Shown in pieces: positions 1 to 9,635 of a DNA stretch of 64,000 nucleotides. Source of the stretch: an uncultured Planctomycetales bacterium (GTDB taxonomy: Bacteria; Omnitrophota; Gorgyraeia; Gygaellales; Profunditerraquicolaceae). Position 1 is the stretch's first letter. Each line of letters starts with the position of its first letter. The stretch covers positions 46,197 to 110,196 of the forward strand of contig CAYHBB010000037.1 in NCBI GenBank assembly GCA_964354795.1, read 5' to 3'. The notes under the pieces are model-generated. The model made no database searches, had not been told where the DNA came from, and was given only the letters and a program-made list of their open reading frames with translations. Made by a program: the position numbers and the translations under genes.

Positions 1-1625
1 TACGGAGGGGTAAAATTGATTACGGGTTTCCCGAGACACACCGCTTCTAACGCAACTGTGCTCTGCCAATAAATGACAAGCTCGCTTGCCTTCAATTCCT
101 CCTGCAACCCTGCCTTAGAAAGCGAAACATTGCAATATCCCTCTAACGAAAAACCAAAACGAGCAGACAAAGAACTCCATGGCATTGCAGGATGAGGCCT
201 TAAAATAAACTCATAGTTAAGCAACCCCTTCGCCTCTCTTAATACATATTGCAATAAAAATCGAGCTTCCCAAACTCCATCGAGTATGACTAATATCCGT
301 TTATTTCTAACTCTCTCATCCGTAACACTTTTGTAAAGATATTCATATTTTAATGCGCAACTTACAACAACATCCGTTGCCGCATAATCCCCATATTGTT
401 TCAAAATGCTTGATGAAATCGCTCCTGTGGTCAATACTTTATCCGGCAACGGAACGAAAGATCTTTCTTTCGGACTAATAAACATATTCAAGGACGACTG
501 AGGAACAACAGAGTGCTGATATCCCAAAAGCTTCGTCGACGGGCTATAGCGCCGGCACGCCAACATGCACATACGTTCCCAGGGATTGTTTTCGAACGTG
601 AACAAAAACGTTCCTACGCGCAGACGCCGGAGCATATTCCGTGTCGCATCATAATGTAAAAGCTGCGCAATTTGGATTCCGTTTATGGTCCTGGCAAGCT
701 CGTGGCGAAGAATATCAGAAATATCAAGCCCACGAAAAGATACATTCTCTTCAACCGGTAATCGCAAGCTTAGGATTCTCAAAGTCTCTCTGACAATGTC
801 GCTGCCCTTAAGAAAGAATTCAACGGGAAATATTACCAACGCCTTTTCTCGACAGATGTGCTCGATAAACTCCCGGTATCCCTCCCAGTGATAACTCCAA
901 ACAAGAACGTTTCTGTCTTTAGAGAGGACTTGTGGCAGGCACCCGAAGAACGGATCCACATAATCGCCGTTAGCATCCCAAGCTGAAGGATAAGAAAACG
1001 TTTTAATAACATAATATTGTTTTTGCGGCGACAAATACTGCCTGGCCTGATGTCGCAAAGCCCAATGCGCCAACAGCGCCCTCATATAAAAACGTGCGGC
1101 ATAATAAAAAATTCCGCAGAAACGTTTCGATGCGCCCACCATACGTTTCCAAAGCGCATCCCGTATAGCTCCCGGCCAAACAAGGTGCCTACCACGCTTA
1201 GCCATAGCCTTGCGCAATGACGTAAAGATACTGGTCGCAGGAGCAATAATCAACAAAGGTTTTTCCGGGTACATCGAAGCCGCCAGATCAATTTCCCAAA
1301 GATCCTGCACAAGGTCAGGCAAAGGACTAGTGAATTTGCATTTGGTTGAAATATCCGTAGACCACCAAAGAAGTGTGTTTTGATAGCGCCGATTAAGATA
1401 AGCGACGAGTTCAATGTAATCGCGAATAAATGCAGTTCGATCATTATCGGTATAAGGCGAAAAAGAAACGGCTTCAACGGCACCGACCGCTATAAATTCA
1501 TCCAGTCCGTCCTCAGAAGACAAAACTAAGCATACCGAAGCGTTGATGATACATACGAAATATTTCTTAAAAAAGGATGCTGATGCTAACGCGCAGGAAT
1601 CTTTTATCACAAAAACTCGTGCCAT
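1..1625 (-). CDS. Surface carbohydrate biosynthesis protein, Leptospira LIC13510/TIGR04326-like putative transferase; partial, runs off the window start
   Basis: Absent from the ORF track because its stop lies outside the window. Hand translation from ATG at 1625 gives MARVFVIKDSC...LLWWSTDISTK; the distal part reads TFENNPWERMC...LLGYQHSVVP...PLPDKVLTTG. Family assignment is from recalled WWxT and GYQHS motifs. Not every codon was checked. Confidence 0.65.
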   Translation of the reverse strand, partial: MARVFVIKDSCALASASFFKKYFVCIINASVCLVLSSEDGLDEFIAVGAVEAVSFSPYTDNDRTAFIRDYIELVAYLNRRYQNTLLWWSTDISTKCKFTSPLPDLVQDLWEIDLAASMYPEKPLLIIAPATSIFTSLRKAMAKRGRHLVWPGAIRDALWKRMVGASKRFCGIFYYAARFYMRALLAHWALRHQARQYLSPQKQYYVIKTFSYPSAWDANGDYVDPFFGCLPQVLSKDRNVLVWSYHWEGYREFIEHICREKALVIFPVEFFLKGSDIVRETLRILSLRLPVEENVSFRGLDISDILRHELARTINGIQIAQLLHYDATRNMLRRLRVGTFLFTFENNPWERMCMLACRRYSPSTKLLGYQHSVVPQSSLNMFISPKERSFVPLPDKVLTTGAISSSILKQYGDYAATDVVVSCALKYEYLYKSVTDERVRNKRILVILDGVWEARFLLQYVLREAKGLLNYEFILRPHPAMPWSSLSARFGFSLEGYCNVSLSKAGLQEELKASELVIYWQSTVALEAVCLGKPVINFTPP

Positions 1626-1671
1626 AAATTCACTCTACCCAATAATTGGAGATTTAATCTTGCTATCCATA

Positions 1672-3210
1672 TTAATCCTCTAAATACACATTGATTTTTC
1701 CATTTAAAATCCCATATTCCTTTTTTCCTTCCTGTGTTAACTTTTCCGCTATTTTGATCCTTTCAAGATATTCATCGGGCAAATAAACATAAAGAGGAAA
1801 TATCCGAGATAGGCTCTTGAGATCTTCATGACTCAAGTAGCCAGATTTCAGAAGACTTTCTATGCTCAAATCTGTATTGCTTGTGTAAGAAATAGGATCA
1901 AGTAGACCTTCCGAGACGCAAAGATCGTACAACTCGCATCCTTTAAAAGGCGTAAAAATGAAAATATTGCTTCTGATGCGGTTATTCAACTTAAAAAGCT
2001 GTCTGTTTAACATAATTGTATCATGGATTAATGAGCGCGTTTCAAGGGGAAATCCAATAATATTATTTAAAGATGCTCCCTGGCCGCATTTATCAAGTAT
2101 TTTTATGGACTCGATAATTTTATTGTTCGTGACATATCTTTTTAAATATTTACGCCGGAATTCTTCATTTCCGTGTTCAATCCCGACAGTAAGCCAAAAT
2201 AACCCGACATCTTTAAGTCTTGATATCTTTTCGTATGTTATTGTTTCAGGCCTTGTCTGTATCCAGAAAGGTATCTTTATTTTACTATAGCCATCTATAA
2301 ACCCATTGAATTCATCCTCGCTCATTATAAGAAAACACTCTGTCGCGAAATAAAAGAATTTTGGATCATATTTATCGATGACAGCTTCGATTTCTTCAAA
2401 TAATTTAGCAATTGATTTCTTCCGGAAATAAGAACTGTGTCCGTTGTCATTGTATAGTTTTCGCAAAGATGGAGCCGCACAATAAGTACATTGGTATGGG
2501 CAAGACCTTGAAAGTTCAATTGGAATGGTCTTTAACAGACTCCCCTGCATTGGCTTAAAAAACATATACTTCGCAAATATAGAGAAATCAGGCTGAAGAA
2601 TCAAATCAAGAGATTTGGGCTCTCTTATTTTGTTTTTTATTACTTCGCTATTTCTCTTGATCCATAGGTTTGGAATATTGCTATAATCTTTTTCTTCCCA
2701 AAGACAGAGGCATAGTTCCGCGAGCGCTTCCTCGCCTTCCCCTTGACAAACCATATCAATAGAATCTTCCTCGATGACTATTTCAGGCGCCAGAGTTGGA
2801 AAAACGCCGCCTGCGATAACTTTTACGTTTTTTAAAACATTCTTTGCGTGCCTTGTCAACCTTATGCCTTTCGCAAAAGCACTTTCTACGGCACTTAAAC
2901 CTATAAGATCGGGCCTATATTCATTAAGAACTTTTGTAAAATCTTCCATTAAATCGGTTTTTTTTCTTTCTATGCCGGCGACGGAATAATTAATTCTTTT
3001 TGTCGAATGATAGACTTCGTCCCTTTCTAAATTCTCATCGATCTCTCCCGGATCTTGATAAAGGATCGTATCGAATACTCTGACCTCGATTCCTTTTGAT
3101 TTTAACTCAGCTGCTAAATAAGCTATACCAAGCGGTAAATTAGTCTGCATAAAAAGTCCGGGGTATAAAAATAAAACTTTGAATTTTTTATCATCCATCG
3201 CGCGAACCAT
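1672..3210 (-). CDS. B12-binding domain radical SAM protein (class B methylase-like)
   Basis: N-terminal cobalamin-binding region (PLGIAYLAA...PDLIGLS...AGGVFPT...GEGE) and CxxxCxxC motif SRSCPYQCTYC. Confidence 0.9.
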   Translation of the reverse strand: MVRAMDDKKFKVLFLYPGLFMQTNLPLGIAYLAAELKSKGIEVRVFDTILYQDPGEIDENLERDEVYHSTKRINYSVAGIERKKTDLMEDFTKVLNEYRPDLIGLSAVESAFAKGIRLTRHAKNVLKNVKVIAGGVFPTLAPEIVIEEDSIDMVCQGEGEEALAELCLCLWEEKDYSNIPNLWIKRNSEVIKNKIREPKSLDLILQPDFSIFAKYMFFKPMQGSLLKTIPIELSRSCPYQCTYCAAPSLRKLYNDNGHSSYFRKKSIAKLFEEIEAVIDKYDPKFFYFATECFLIMSEDEFNGFIDGYSKIKIPFWIQTRPETITYEKISRLKDVGLFWLTVGIEHGNEEFRRKYLKRYVTNNKIIESIKILDKCGQGASLNNIIGFPLETRSLIHDTIMLNRQLFKLNNRIRSNIFIFTPFKGCELYDLCVSEGLLDPISYTSNTDLSIESLLKSGYLSHEDLKSLSRIFPLYVYLPDEYLERIKIAEKLTQEGKKEYGILNGKINVYLED

Positions 3211-3238
3211 TAATCTTCCTTCGGCCTCTCGTCTCTAT

Positions 3239-5332
3239 TCACGGCATAATACGGCAACTTGCTAGCAATTCCTTACTGGAATAATTGCGGCCCCGTTGAA
3301 TTTTATCTTTGCCCCACCTTTGGGCATAACGTTGTGCCACCTGCTCCATAACATCTTCCGCGGACATTCCTGACCGTAACCCTTCTAAGAGCTCTTTAAG
3401 ATATTCGCTCAAGCGCTGTGCCGCCAATCCATCGCGAAAAGGATCTATGTCATTGATGATAGAAGACCAATTTCCTAAAGCAGGGTTCCCGCCAAGGGTT
3501 TTCCAGTGGTCCTGGCAGGCGTTCCAAAGGCTAAGATGATCTTTAAACACAACACCGGGGCCAAGTTTATACAATGGGCTTTCCGACCATCCTTCCAGGT
3601 CAAGGAATAAAGTCTTTGCGCCAGACAGAGCGGCATCAACCCCTGCCGTTCCCGCCCACAAACAATCGTGGATGGAAATATCCCCGGCTATTGCCGCCGC
3701 CGCCGGAGTAAACATCCCCTGAAAAAGTCCTTCATGAAAGACATAACACCTTCCCGTTCGCTGCGCAGCGCGCAAAAGATCTGCTACGGGCCCTAACCTC
3801 TTGAGCAAGTTCCAAGGTGTTTTAGGTTTAAAAATGATTCCGAGCTTGGGATCTTCAAGAAGTCGGTTTAACCAAAACGTATAGTTCTTACGCAATATTT
3901 TATGCCCCATAAACCAACGCCCATCATCAACGGAAATTTCATCAAAATACGCAATAATGCGCTCGGCTCCCCGCTCAAGAAGCCGACGCCTGATCTCTTG
4001 AGCCAAAGGACGTAAATGTTTAAATCTGTTATCGCCAATATAACCAACCGTAACGTGATATTTGAAATCTGAACCGCTTTTAAGATGGATATCCTGGCTT
4101 GGAGCAGAAAATCCAAAGATCAAATCGCTCCCTACAGCGTAATACGGAGAAGGGTTGGATTCATAGGCCCGCTGATACACGCTTGATATTCCGCCGACAT
4201 CGTTGATAGCATCCGCCATAGCCATATGAACGGCATCATATTTATACCAGGTAGTCCATAACTTAATATTATATCTACGAAAAAAATGGTTCCAATAATC
4301 TCGGGCTTGGCGGTATTCGAATATATAAGCGCGCCAGGCTTCCGGAAATTCATCGATGGAATATGAACGGAACTTATGACGGAATACTGGAACCTTAGAC
4401 TCATCGACTAGGCTAGACTGTACTGTCCGCGCAACAGCCGTGATGCCGCGGTCTGACATCTGGTGCCACTTCGTCTGATCAATAGGATCTACCCTATTAT
4501 TAAAAACAAGACAAACATCTGTTCCCTGGATACCCTGGGGATCAAGAAAAAAAAGGTCCGAAACACACTCGGGACGATCAATATTGAATTGCCCCAAATG
4601 TTCAACCATCATGCGTGCGGGACCAGAAACGTTCCAGGGAACATCGCATAGAGATTCTTTTTTGAAAAACAATCTTCCTGGGTAACGCAACAAACTAAGA
4701 ACCAAACGTAATTTGATTTTTGCGCAAAAAGACCAAATTTTCTTGAAAGCCAGTCCGCGCGCTCGATAAACTCCCATATTATGCGCAATAACACCGCATC
4801 CTTCAGCATAACGCACCAGGACTTTCCAAAAAGGCCTATTAAACATATATAGGTAAATCATGGCAGGGGCTGCTGTAGATTTCTTCCTGTGCCACTGCGC
4901 CATCCTGATCAAAACAAGCGCATGCCATAATTCTGAATGCATGGCATACCCATGGAAATCATAAGAAGAAACTGATGTTTTAGCTAAATACGCCGCCAAC
5001 CTTGCGTCCCCGTCACGACTCTTTAATTCCTCTTGGATTGGCACTTCTTTAAGGATCAATGCCTGCAGACTAACCAGATCATGGTAGCGAACCTGCAAAT
5101 AGACGCAAGCCCCCCGATCATCCCGGGCATCTGCCATCTGAAAGTTGATCCTCTCGACCTTAAAACCATATAGGCGACCAAATACTTGAGACAAAAAAAA
5201 CGCGCTTATTGTCGTATCAAAGACACCCAGGCGTCTTACTCCCGACGATTTTCTTAAGATAGGCAAAATATCTTTAATAAAATATGTAATCGTCAGAAAT
5301 TCAACATAAATAATGATAGGGGCGCTATCCAT
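3239..5332 (-). CDS. Hypothetical polysaccharide biosynthesis protein, possible nonulosonate glycosyltransferase
   Basis: 697-aa ORF inside the operon. The C-terminal half looks GT-B-like (IIFKPK...GTAGVDAAL...DPFRDGLAAQR). Function is inferred from context. Confidence 0.55.
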   Translation of the reverse strand: MDSAPIIIYVEFLTITYFIKDILPILRKSSGVRRLGVFDTTISAFFLSQVFGRLYGFKVERINFQMADARDDRGACVYLQVRYHDLVSLQALILKEVPIQEELKSRDGDARLAAYLAKTSVSSYDFHGYAMHSELWHALVLIRMAQWHRKKSTAAPAMIYLYMFNRPFWKVLVRYAEGCGVIAHNMGVYRARGLAFKKIWSFCAKIKLRLVLSLLRYPGRLFFKKESLCDVPWNVSGPARMMVEHLGQFNIDRPECVSDLFFLDPQGIQGTDVCLVFNNRVDPIDQTKWHQMSDRGITAVARTVQSSLVDESKVPVFRHKFRSYSIDEFPEAWRAYIFEYRQARDYWNHFFRRYNIKLWTTWYKYDAVHMAMADAINDVGGISSVYQRAYESNPSPYYAVGSDLIFGFSAPSQDIHLKSGSDFKYHVTVGYIGDNRFKHLRPLAQEIRRRLLERGAERIIAYFDEISVDDGRWFMGHKILRKNYTFWLNRLLEDPKLGIIFKPKTPWNLLKRLGPVADLLRAAQRTGRCYVFHEGLFQGMFTPAAAAIAGDISIHDCLWAGTAGVDAALSGAKTLFLDLEGWSESPLYKLGPGVVFKDHLSLWNACQDHWKTLGGNPALGNWSSIINDIDPFRDGLAAQRLSEYLKELLEGLRSGMSAEDVMEQVAQRYAQRWGKDKIQRGRNYSSKELLASCRIMP

Positions 5333-5340
5333 ATATTATT

Positions 5341-6804
5341 TTAACGATTTTTTTTAACCCTCTCATGAATATCTCTAATGGCACTGCAAACCCGGTCAAC
5401 TTCATGTTCCTGCAAGTCTGCCGAACTAGGAAGACTTAATCCCTTCGATGCAAGCTCTTCTGAAACATCTAAATGCTGTCCTGTATTATAAATAGGTTGT
5501 GTGTGTACCGGAGGAAAGAATGGGCGTGTGTCTATATTCATTGAGATTAATTCACTGATCAGATCGTCTCTGTTTATCCCATATTCTTTTTCTACAAGGA
5601 CAGAATACAGCCAATAAACATTTTTGGCCCATTTCGCATGTGGCGGACAAACAATCCCCTCAATACCATCTAATTGTTTTTCATACCTATCTGCAATGCC
5701 TAATTTTGCCTGGATGATCGAGCCGATCTTTTCAACTTGCGCGAGTCCGATGGCGGCCTGGATATTCGTCAGCCTGCAATTATACCCAAGAACAGTGTGC
5801 CAATAACGTCTTGAAGGCAACATGCCATGATCGCGAAGCAACCTCACTCGTTCGGCAATATCGGGACTGTCAGTGACGATCATACCCCCCTCTCCGGTTG
5901 TGATAATTTTATTGCCGTAGAAACTAAACACGCCAATATCCCCAATGCTTCCAACTTTTTTACTCTTATATTCTGCGCCATGCGCTTCCGCGGCATCCTC
6001 GATGACGGCCAACTTATGAGCACGCGCGATTTCAAGGATAGGATCCATATCTGCGGGATGCCCATATAAGTGAACCGGTATAATAGCTTTTGTGTTCGGA
6101 GTGATCGCTTTTTCAATTAGATCCGGATCGATATTCCATGTCCTCGGCTCACTATCAACAAATACAGGTTTAGCCCCTGTATAACTAACCGCATTGGCCG
6201 TCGCGATAAATGTCAAGCTTGGCACTATGACTTCATCACCTTGATGGATACCCAAAGCTAATAAAGCTAAATGCAAAGCCGTGGTCCCATTACTTGTCGC
6301 CACAGCGTATCGCGAACCGCAATAATCAGCGAATAAAGCTTCGAATTTGCCAACATACTTTCCAGTTGAGGATATCCAATTAGAAACGATACAGTCAGTA
6401 ACGTACAATAATTCTTTTTCTCCTAATGAGGGCTCAGCAACGGGCAAGTGAAATCGCTGATCATAAAAAGCTATATCAACGATCTTATTTTCTAGATCAA
6501 GGACTGGAATAACGCGAACATCCTCTCCAAACATTTTAGCTATTTCTTCCGTTTTCATCCCTATGTTTGCGGTTTTAGTTGCCGGCCTTTCAACAAATTC
6601 TATTTTTGCCTCTAGGTTGTTTCCTTTTAATATTGCCCTTCGAATATCACCATCCGTTATAAGACCTAAAAAGCATTTCGTTTGAGCATCGATAATAAAT
6701 GCCGTACCCATTCCCCCTCTATTAATGACCCCCATTGTCTGCCTAATGGTATTATTAGGAGAAATGCACATTTCATCAATTTTCTTTCTATCAATTTTTT
6801 TCAT
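5341..6804 (-). CDS. CBS-domain / DegT-DnrJ-EryC1-StrS aminotransferase fusion (perosamine synthase-like)
   Basis: About 115 aa of CBS pair (GLITDGDIRRAIL), then SNGTTALHLAL, IEDAAEAHGA and the PLP-Lys motif FSFYGNKIITTGEGG. Confidence 0.9.
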   Translation of the reverse strand: MKKIDRKKIDEMCISPNNTIRQTMGVINRGGMGTAFIIDAQTKCFLGLITDGDIRRAILKGNNLEAKIEFVERPATKTANIGMKTEEIAKMFGEDVRVIPVLDLENKIVDIAFYDQRFHLPVAEPSLGEKELLYVTDCIVSNWISSTGKYVGKFEALFADYCGSRYAVATSNGTTALHLALLALGIHQGDEVIVPSLTFIATANAVSYTGAKPVFVDSEPRTWNIDPDLIEKAITPNTKAIIPVHLYGHPADMDPILEIARAHKLAVIEDAAEAHGAEYKSKKVGSIGDIGVFSFYGNKIITTGEGGMIVTDSPDIAERVRLLRDHGMLPSRRYWHTVLGYNCRLTNIQAAIGLAQVEKIGSIIQAKLGIADRYEKQLDGIEGIVCPPHAKWAKNVYWLYSVLVEKEYGINRDDLISELISMNIDTRPFFPPVHTQPIYNTGQHLDVSEELASKGLSLPSSADLQEHEVDRVCSAIRDIHERVKKNR

Positions 6805-7679
6805 CCGCTAGGCTCCAATTTATTAGGTTGACACAATAATCTGCTGATTATTGATTGCGATAATTTTAAATCAAAGATACCGCTGTATGTCTCGATTGTT
6901 AGCGTCCTATTGTTAAAATCAAATTTTTCTAAAATATTCAAAATATCGGTACTTTCACCAAAAGAACGATTTTGATCATGCGCGCCATTATTATCGCTTA
7001 GATGCACATAATCAGAGATCGGCATCGTTTTGTTTAATTGCTCTACAAAGTCAAGTCCTAAAGAATTTGCGCTTACCCTCAAATGCGCAACATCCAAAAG
7101 TAACTTAAAATCGATCAGGTTTCTTAATTCCAAATATCCGTTGTGATCGATAAGCATAAATGGACTCTGACCTTGAAACGTCTTAATATTGCTATATGAT
7201 AGGACATTGTTTTCTATATACAACTCGATATCGCTTGCCATCTCTTTAAGATGTTTGTATCCAGAGCAGAATCTCTTTATTGCCTTGTCTTTATCGCACA
7301 GCTTATTCAATGGGATATCCCTGCCTATGTCTCTTACATCAAAATCGATAAAAAACCCAGCGTGTAACCCAAATTTCTTCGAGCCTATTCTTTTTGAAAG
7401 TGAAATAGCCTTTTCATAAAACTCGACGGACTTTTTATATATCCCATCGTCTAAAGATGCTAAGTTTAATATAAAATCCTCCTTTGGTGGAGGGAAATAA
7501 TTATGCAGAAGATAATTTAAATTGTACTTATCTTTTAGCGCCAAAAGGTCTTCTTCATATCCCTGGTAATACTTTGTTCCGCCAGAAAGTTCAATATTCT
7601 TAAATCCATTGCGCGCAAGTTCATCAATAGATTCTTTTATTCTTTCATGTTTTACGCATGTCGATGAGACATATATCAT
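6801..7679 (-). CDS. Xylose-isomerase-like / AP endonuclease 2 TIM-barrel protein
   Basis: Motifs IELSGG, LLHNYFP, LHAG, YIENN, LLDVAHL, VHLSDN and IE. Its stop overlaps the next start codon. Confidence 0.8.
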   Translation of the reverse strand: MIYVSSTCVKHERIKESIDELARNGFKNIELSGGTKYYQGYEEDLLALKDKYNLNYLLHNYFPPPKEDFILNLASLDDGIYKKSVEFYEKAISLSKRIGSKKFGLHAGFFIDFDVRDIGRDIPLNKLCDKDKAIKRFCSGYKHLKEMASDIELYIENNVLSYSNIKTFQGQSPFMLIDHNGYLELRNLIDFKLLLDVAHLRVSANSLGLDFVEQLNKTMPISDYVHLSDNNGAHDQNRSFGESTDILNILEKFDFNNRTLTIETYSGIFDLKLSQSIISRLLCQPNKLEPSG

Positions 7680-7696
7680 TTAATTCTCCATCCAGC

Positions 7697-8755
7697 TTAT
7701 CTCTCTAAATACGACCAAAAAATGGGCTGATCCTTAGGTATGTCGTGGGTTAATTTCAACCCCAATACTTGATAAGACTCCCCAGCGCAAATCCCCCTTC
7801 CGCCCGTTCTTTTGGCAACAATATTTTCACGAGTTATTTTTTCGCCTTTTCTAAGATCCACTTTAGAAACCAGGCACTTTTGCAGCAATTTTTTTGTTTC
7901 TTTTTCGCTTTCCGCAGGGAATATCTCACTTCTCCCCAATATTTGTTCGACTTTTCGTATTTCCTTAACCCACAAAACAAGCTCAACCGGGGAAAGAGAC
8001 GCCTTATGATCCGGCCCCGGCAAATTTTTATCCAAGGTAAAATGTTTTTCTACAATTTTAGCGCCCAGCGCAACGGCATATGGAGAAACGCCTAATCCTT
8101 CGGTATGATCCGAGAACCCAATCACGGCATCCAAGCTATTTTTCATTGTTACCATAGCCATTAAATTAACCTCGCCGAAACCAGTTGGGTAATTTGAGGT
8201 GCACTTAAGAAGGGCTATTTCCTTACAGCCATTTTCTTTCAAGCATTGATATGCAAGCTCGATCTCTAAAAAAGAACTCATCCCCGTTGACAGGATAACC
8301 GGCTTTCCTTTTTTCGCGACTTTCTCAAGGAACAGCAAATTGGTTATATCCGTAGAGGCAATCTTGATAGCAGGAACGCCCAATTCAATAAGTAAATTTA
8401 AACTTTCTTCTTCATAAGGAGTTGAAAGAAAAATAATATTCCTTTCCGCGCAATATTTCATAAGAGCAACATGAAAGTCTTGATCAATTTCTAACCTTTT
8501 CAACATCTCCGTTTGAGATTCATCTGCGCCCGTTGTCCCCTTTTGATATAAGGCTTTCTCGATATCGTCTAAAATCAGATCTTCCGTCTTAAAGGTCTGG
8601 AATTTAACTGCATCGGCACCGGCTTTTGCTGCGAGATCAATTAATTTTTTTGCCAGATCAAGGCTACCATTATGATTTACCCCGGCTTCAGCAATAATAA
8701 AGCAAGGGTACCCATCGCCGATTATCTTATTTTTAATGTTTATTAAATTCTCCAT
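7697..8755 (-). CDS. neuB: N-acetylneuraminate/legionaminate synthase family protein (NeuB/LegI-like) with SAF domain
   Basis: IIAEAGVNHNG, DAVKFQ, KIASTD, GFSDHT, EKHFTLD and GPDHKAS. The start was moved to ATG 8755, which has an SD and avoids overlap. Confidence 0.9.
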   Translation of the reverse strand: MENLINIKNKIIGDGYPCFIIAEAGVNHNGSLDLAKKLIDLAAKAGADAVKFQTFKTEDLILDDIEKALYQKGTTGADESQTEMLKRLEIDQDFHVALMKYCAERNIIFLSTPYEEESLNLLIELGVPAIKIASTDITNLLFLEKVAKKGKPVILSTGMSSFLEIELAYQCLKENGCKEIALLKCTSNYPTGFGEVNLMAMVTMKNSLDAVIGFSDHTEGLGVSPYAVALGAKIVEKHFTLDKNLPGPDHKASLSPVELVLWVKEIRKVEQILGRSEIFPAESEKETKKLLQKCLVSKVDLRKGEKITRENIVAKRTGGRGICAGESYQVLGLKLTHDIPKDQPIFWSYLER

Positions 8756-8778
8756 TAAAAACCCCTCGTCTGAAAAAC

Positions 8779-9612
8779 TTACCAAGCGGTCCAACCGCCG
8801 TCCACTATCAAATTATGCCCGGTAACATAGGATGACGCATCCGAGGCTAAGTAGATAACAGCGCCCGTAACATCTTCTACAGCGGCCTTGCGTCCTAACG
8901 GCACTCGATAACAATAATTTTTTACAAATGCCTCATTTTCGCCTGGATGTTCTACGCCACCCGGAGAAATACAATTAACCCGTATACCGTAACTACCCCA
9001 ATATGCCGCAAGATAACGGGCCATTGAAATATGCGCGCCTTTGACAGCCGCATAGGAAGCATGCGTATAAATCCGCTTGGGCGGTCCTGACTTATCCTCT
9101 CCATAAACCTCCGAAAGATTGGAACCTTCATAAATACGTTGATCGTTACCAACAACGCCGTATATTGAAGAAAGTATAATAATGCTCCCCTTCTTGGCTG
9201 CCTCCATATATTTTCCTACTTGCTGTGTACATAAGAACATGCCATCGAGCTCAGTTTTAATAACTTTCTGCCACCCCTCAAGACTGCATTCCGTATAGGG
9301 ATAATAGAAATCATCAGATTTTGTTGAAACGCTATAAACAAGAATATCAATACATGAATTTTCCTTTATGACATGATCCACTAATTGTTTCACAGATACA
9401 GGATCCGTAACATCAACTTGTTTTTGTATAATATTCTCATTGGCCTTCAAGGCGGCTGCTGCTTTGGATGCTTGAGATTCTACCGGAAGGTCAGCCGAAT
9501 ATACCTTTGCCCCCGATTCAGCGAGACCGGTACAAAAATTCCGCCCCAAATAACCCCTGCCGCCGATAACAATTGCGGTTCTATTTGTTAGATCAAGTCT
9601 TCCCTTTGCCAT
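8779..9612 (-). CDS. Short-chain dehydrogenase/reductase (PtmA/ElaC-like)
   Basis: GGRGYLG, SSIYGVVG, YAAVKG, IRVNCISPGG and TGHNLIVDGGWTAW. Confidence 0.85.
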   Translation of the reverse strand: MAKGRLDLTNRTAIVIGGRGYLGRNFCTGLAESGAKVYSADLPVESQASKAAAALKANENIIQKQVDVTDPVSVKQLVDHVIKENSCIDILVYSVSTKSDDFYYPYTECSLEGWQKVIKTELDGMFLCTQQVGKYMEAAKKGSIIILSSIYGVVGNDQRIYEGSNLSEVYGEDKSGPPKRIYTHASYAAVKGAHISMARYLAAYWGSYGIRVNCISPGGVEHPGENEAFVKNYCYRVPLGRKAAVEDVTGAVIYLASDASSYVTGHNLIVDGGWTAW

Positions 9613-9635
9613 TATTTATCCCCTAGTTAAATGAT

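Noticed and set aside
685-1483. Short ORFs 685-891, 1017-1220 and 1250-1483
   Set aside because: They overlap the long minus-strand gene starting at 1625 that the ORF track missed.
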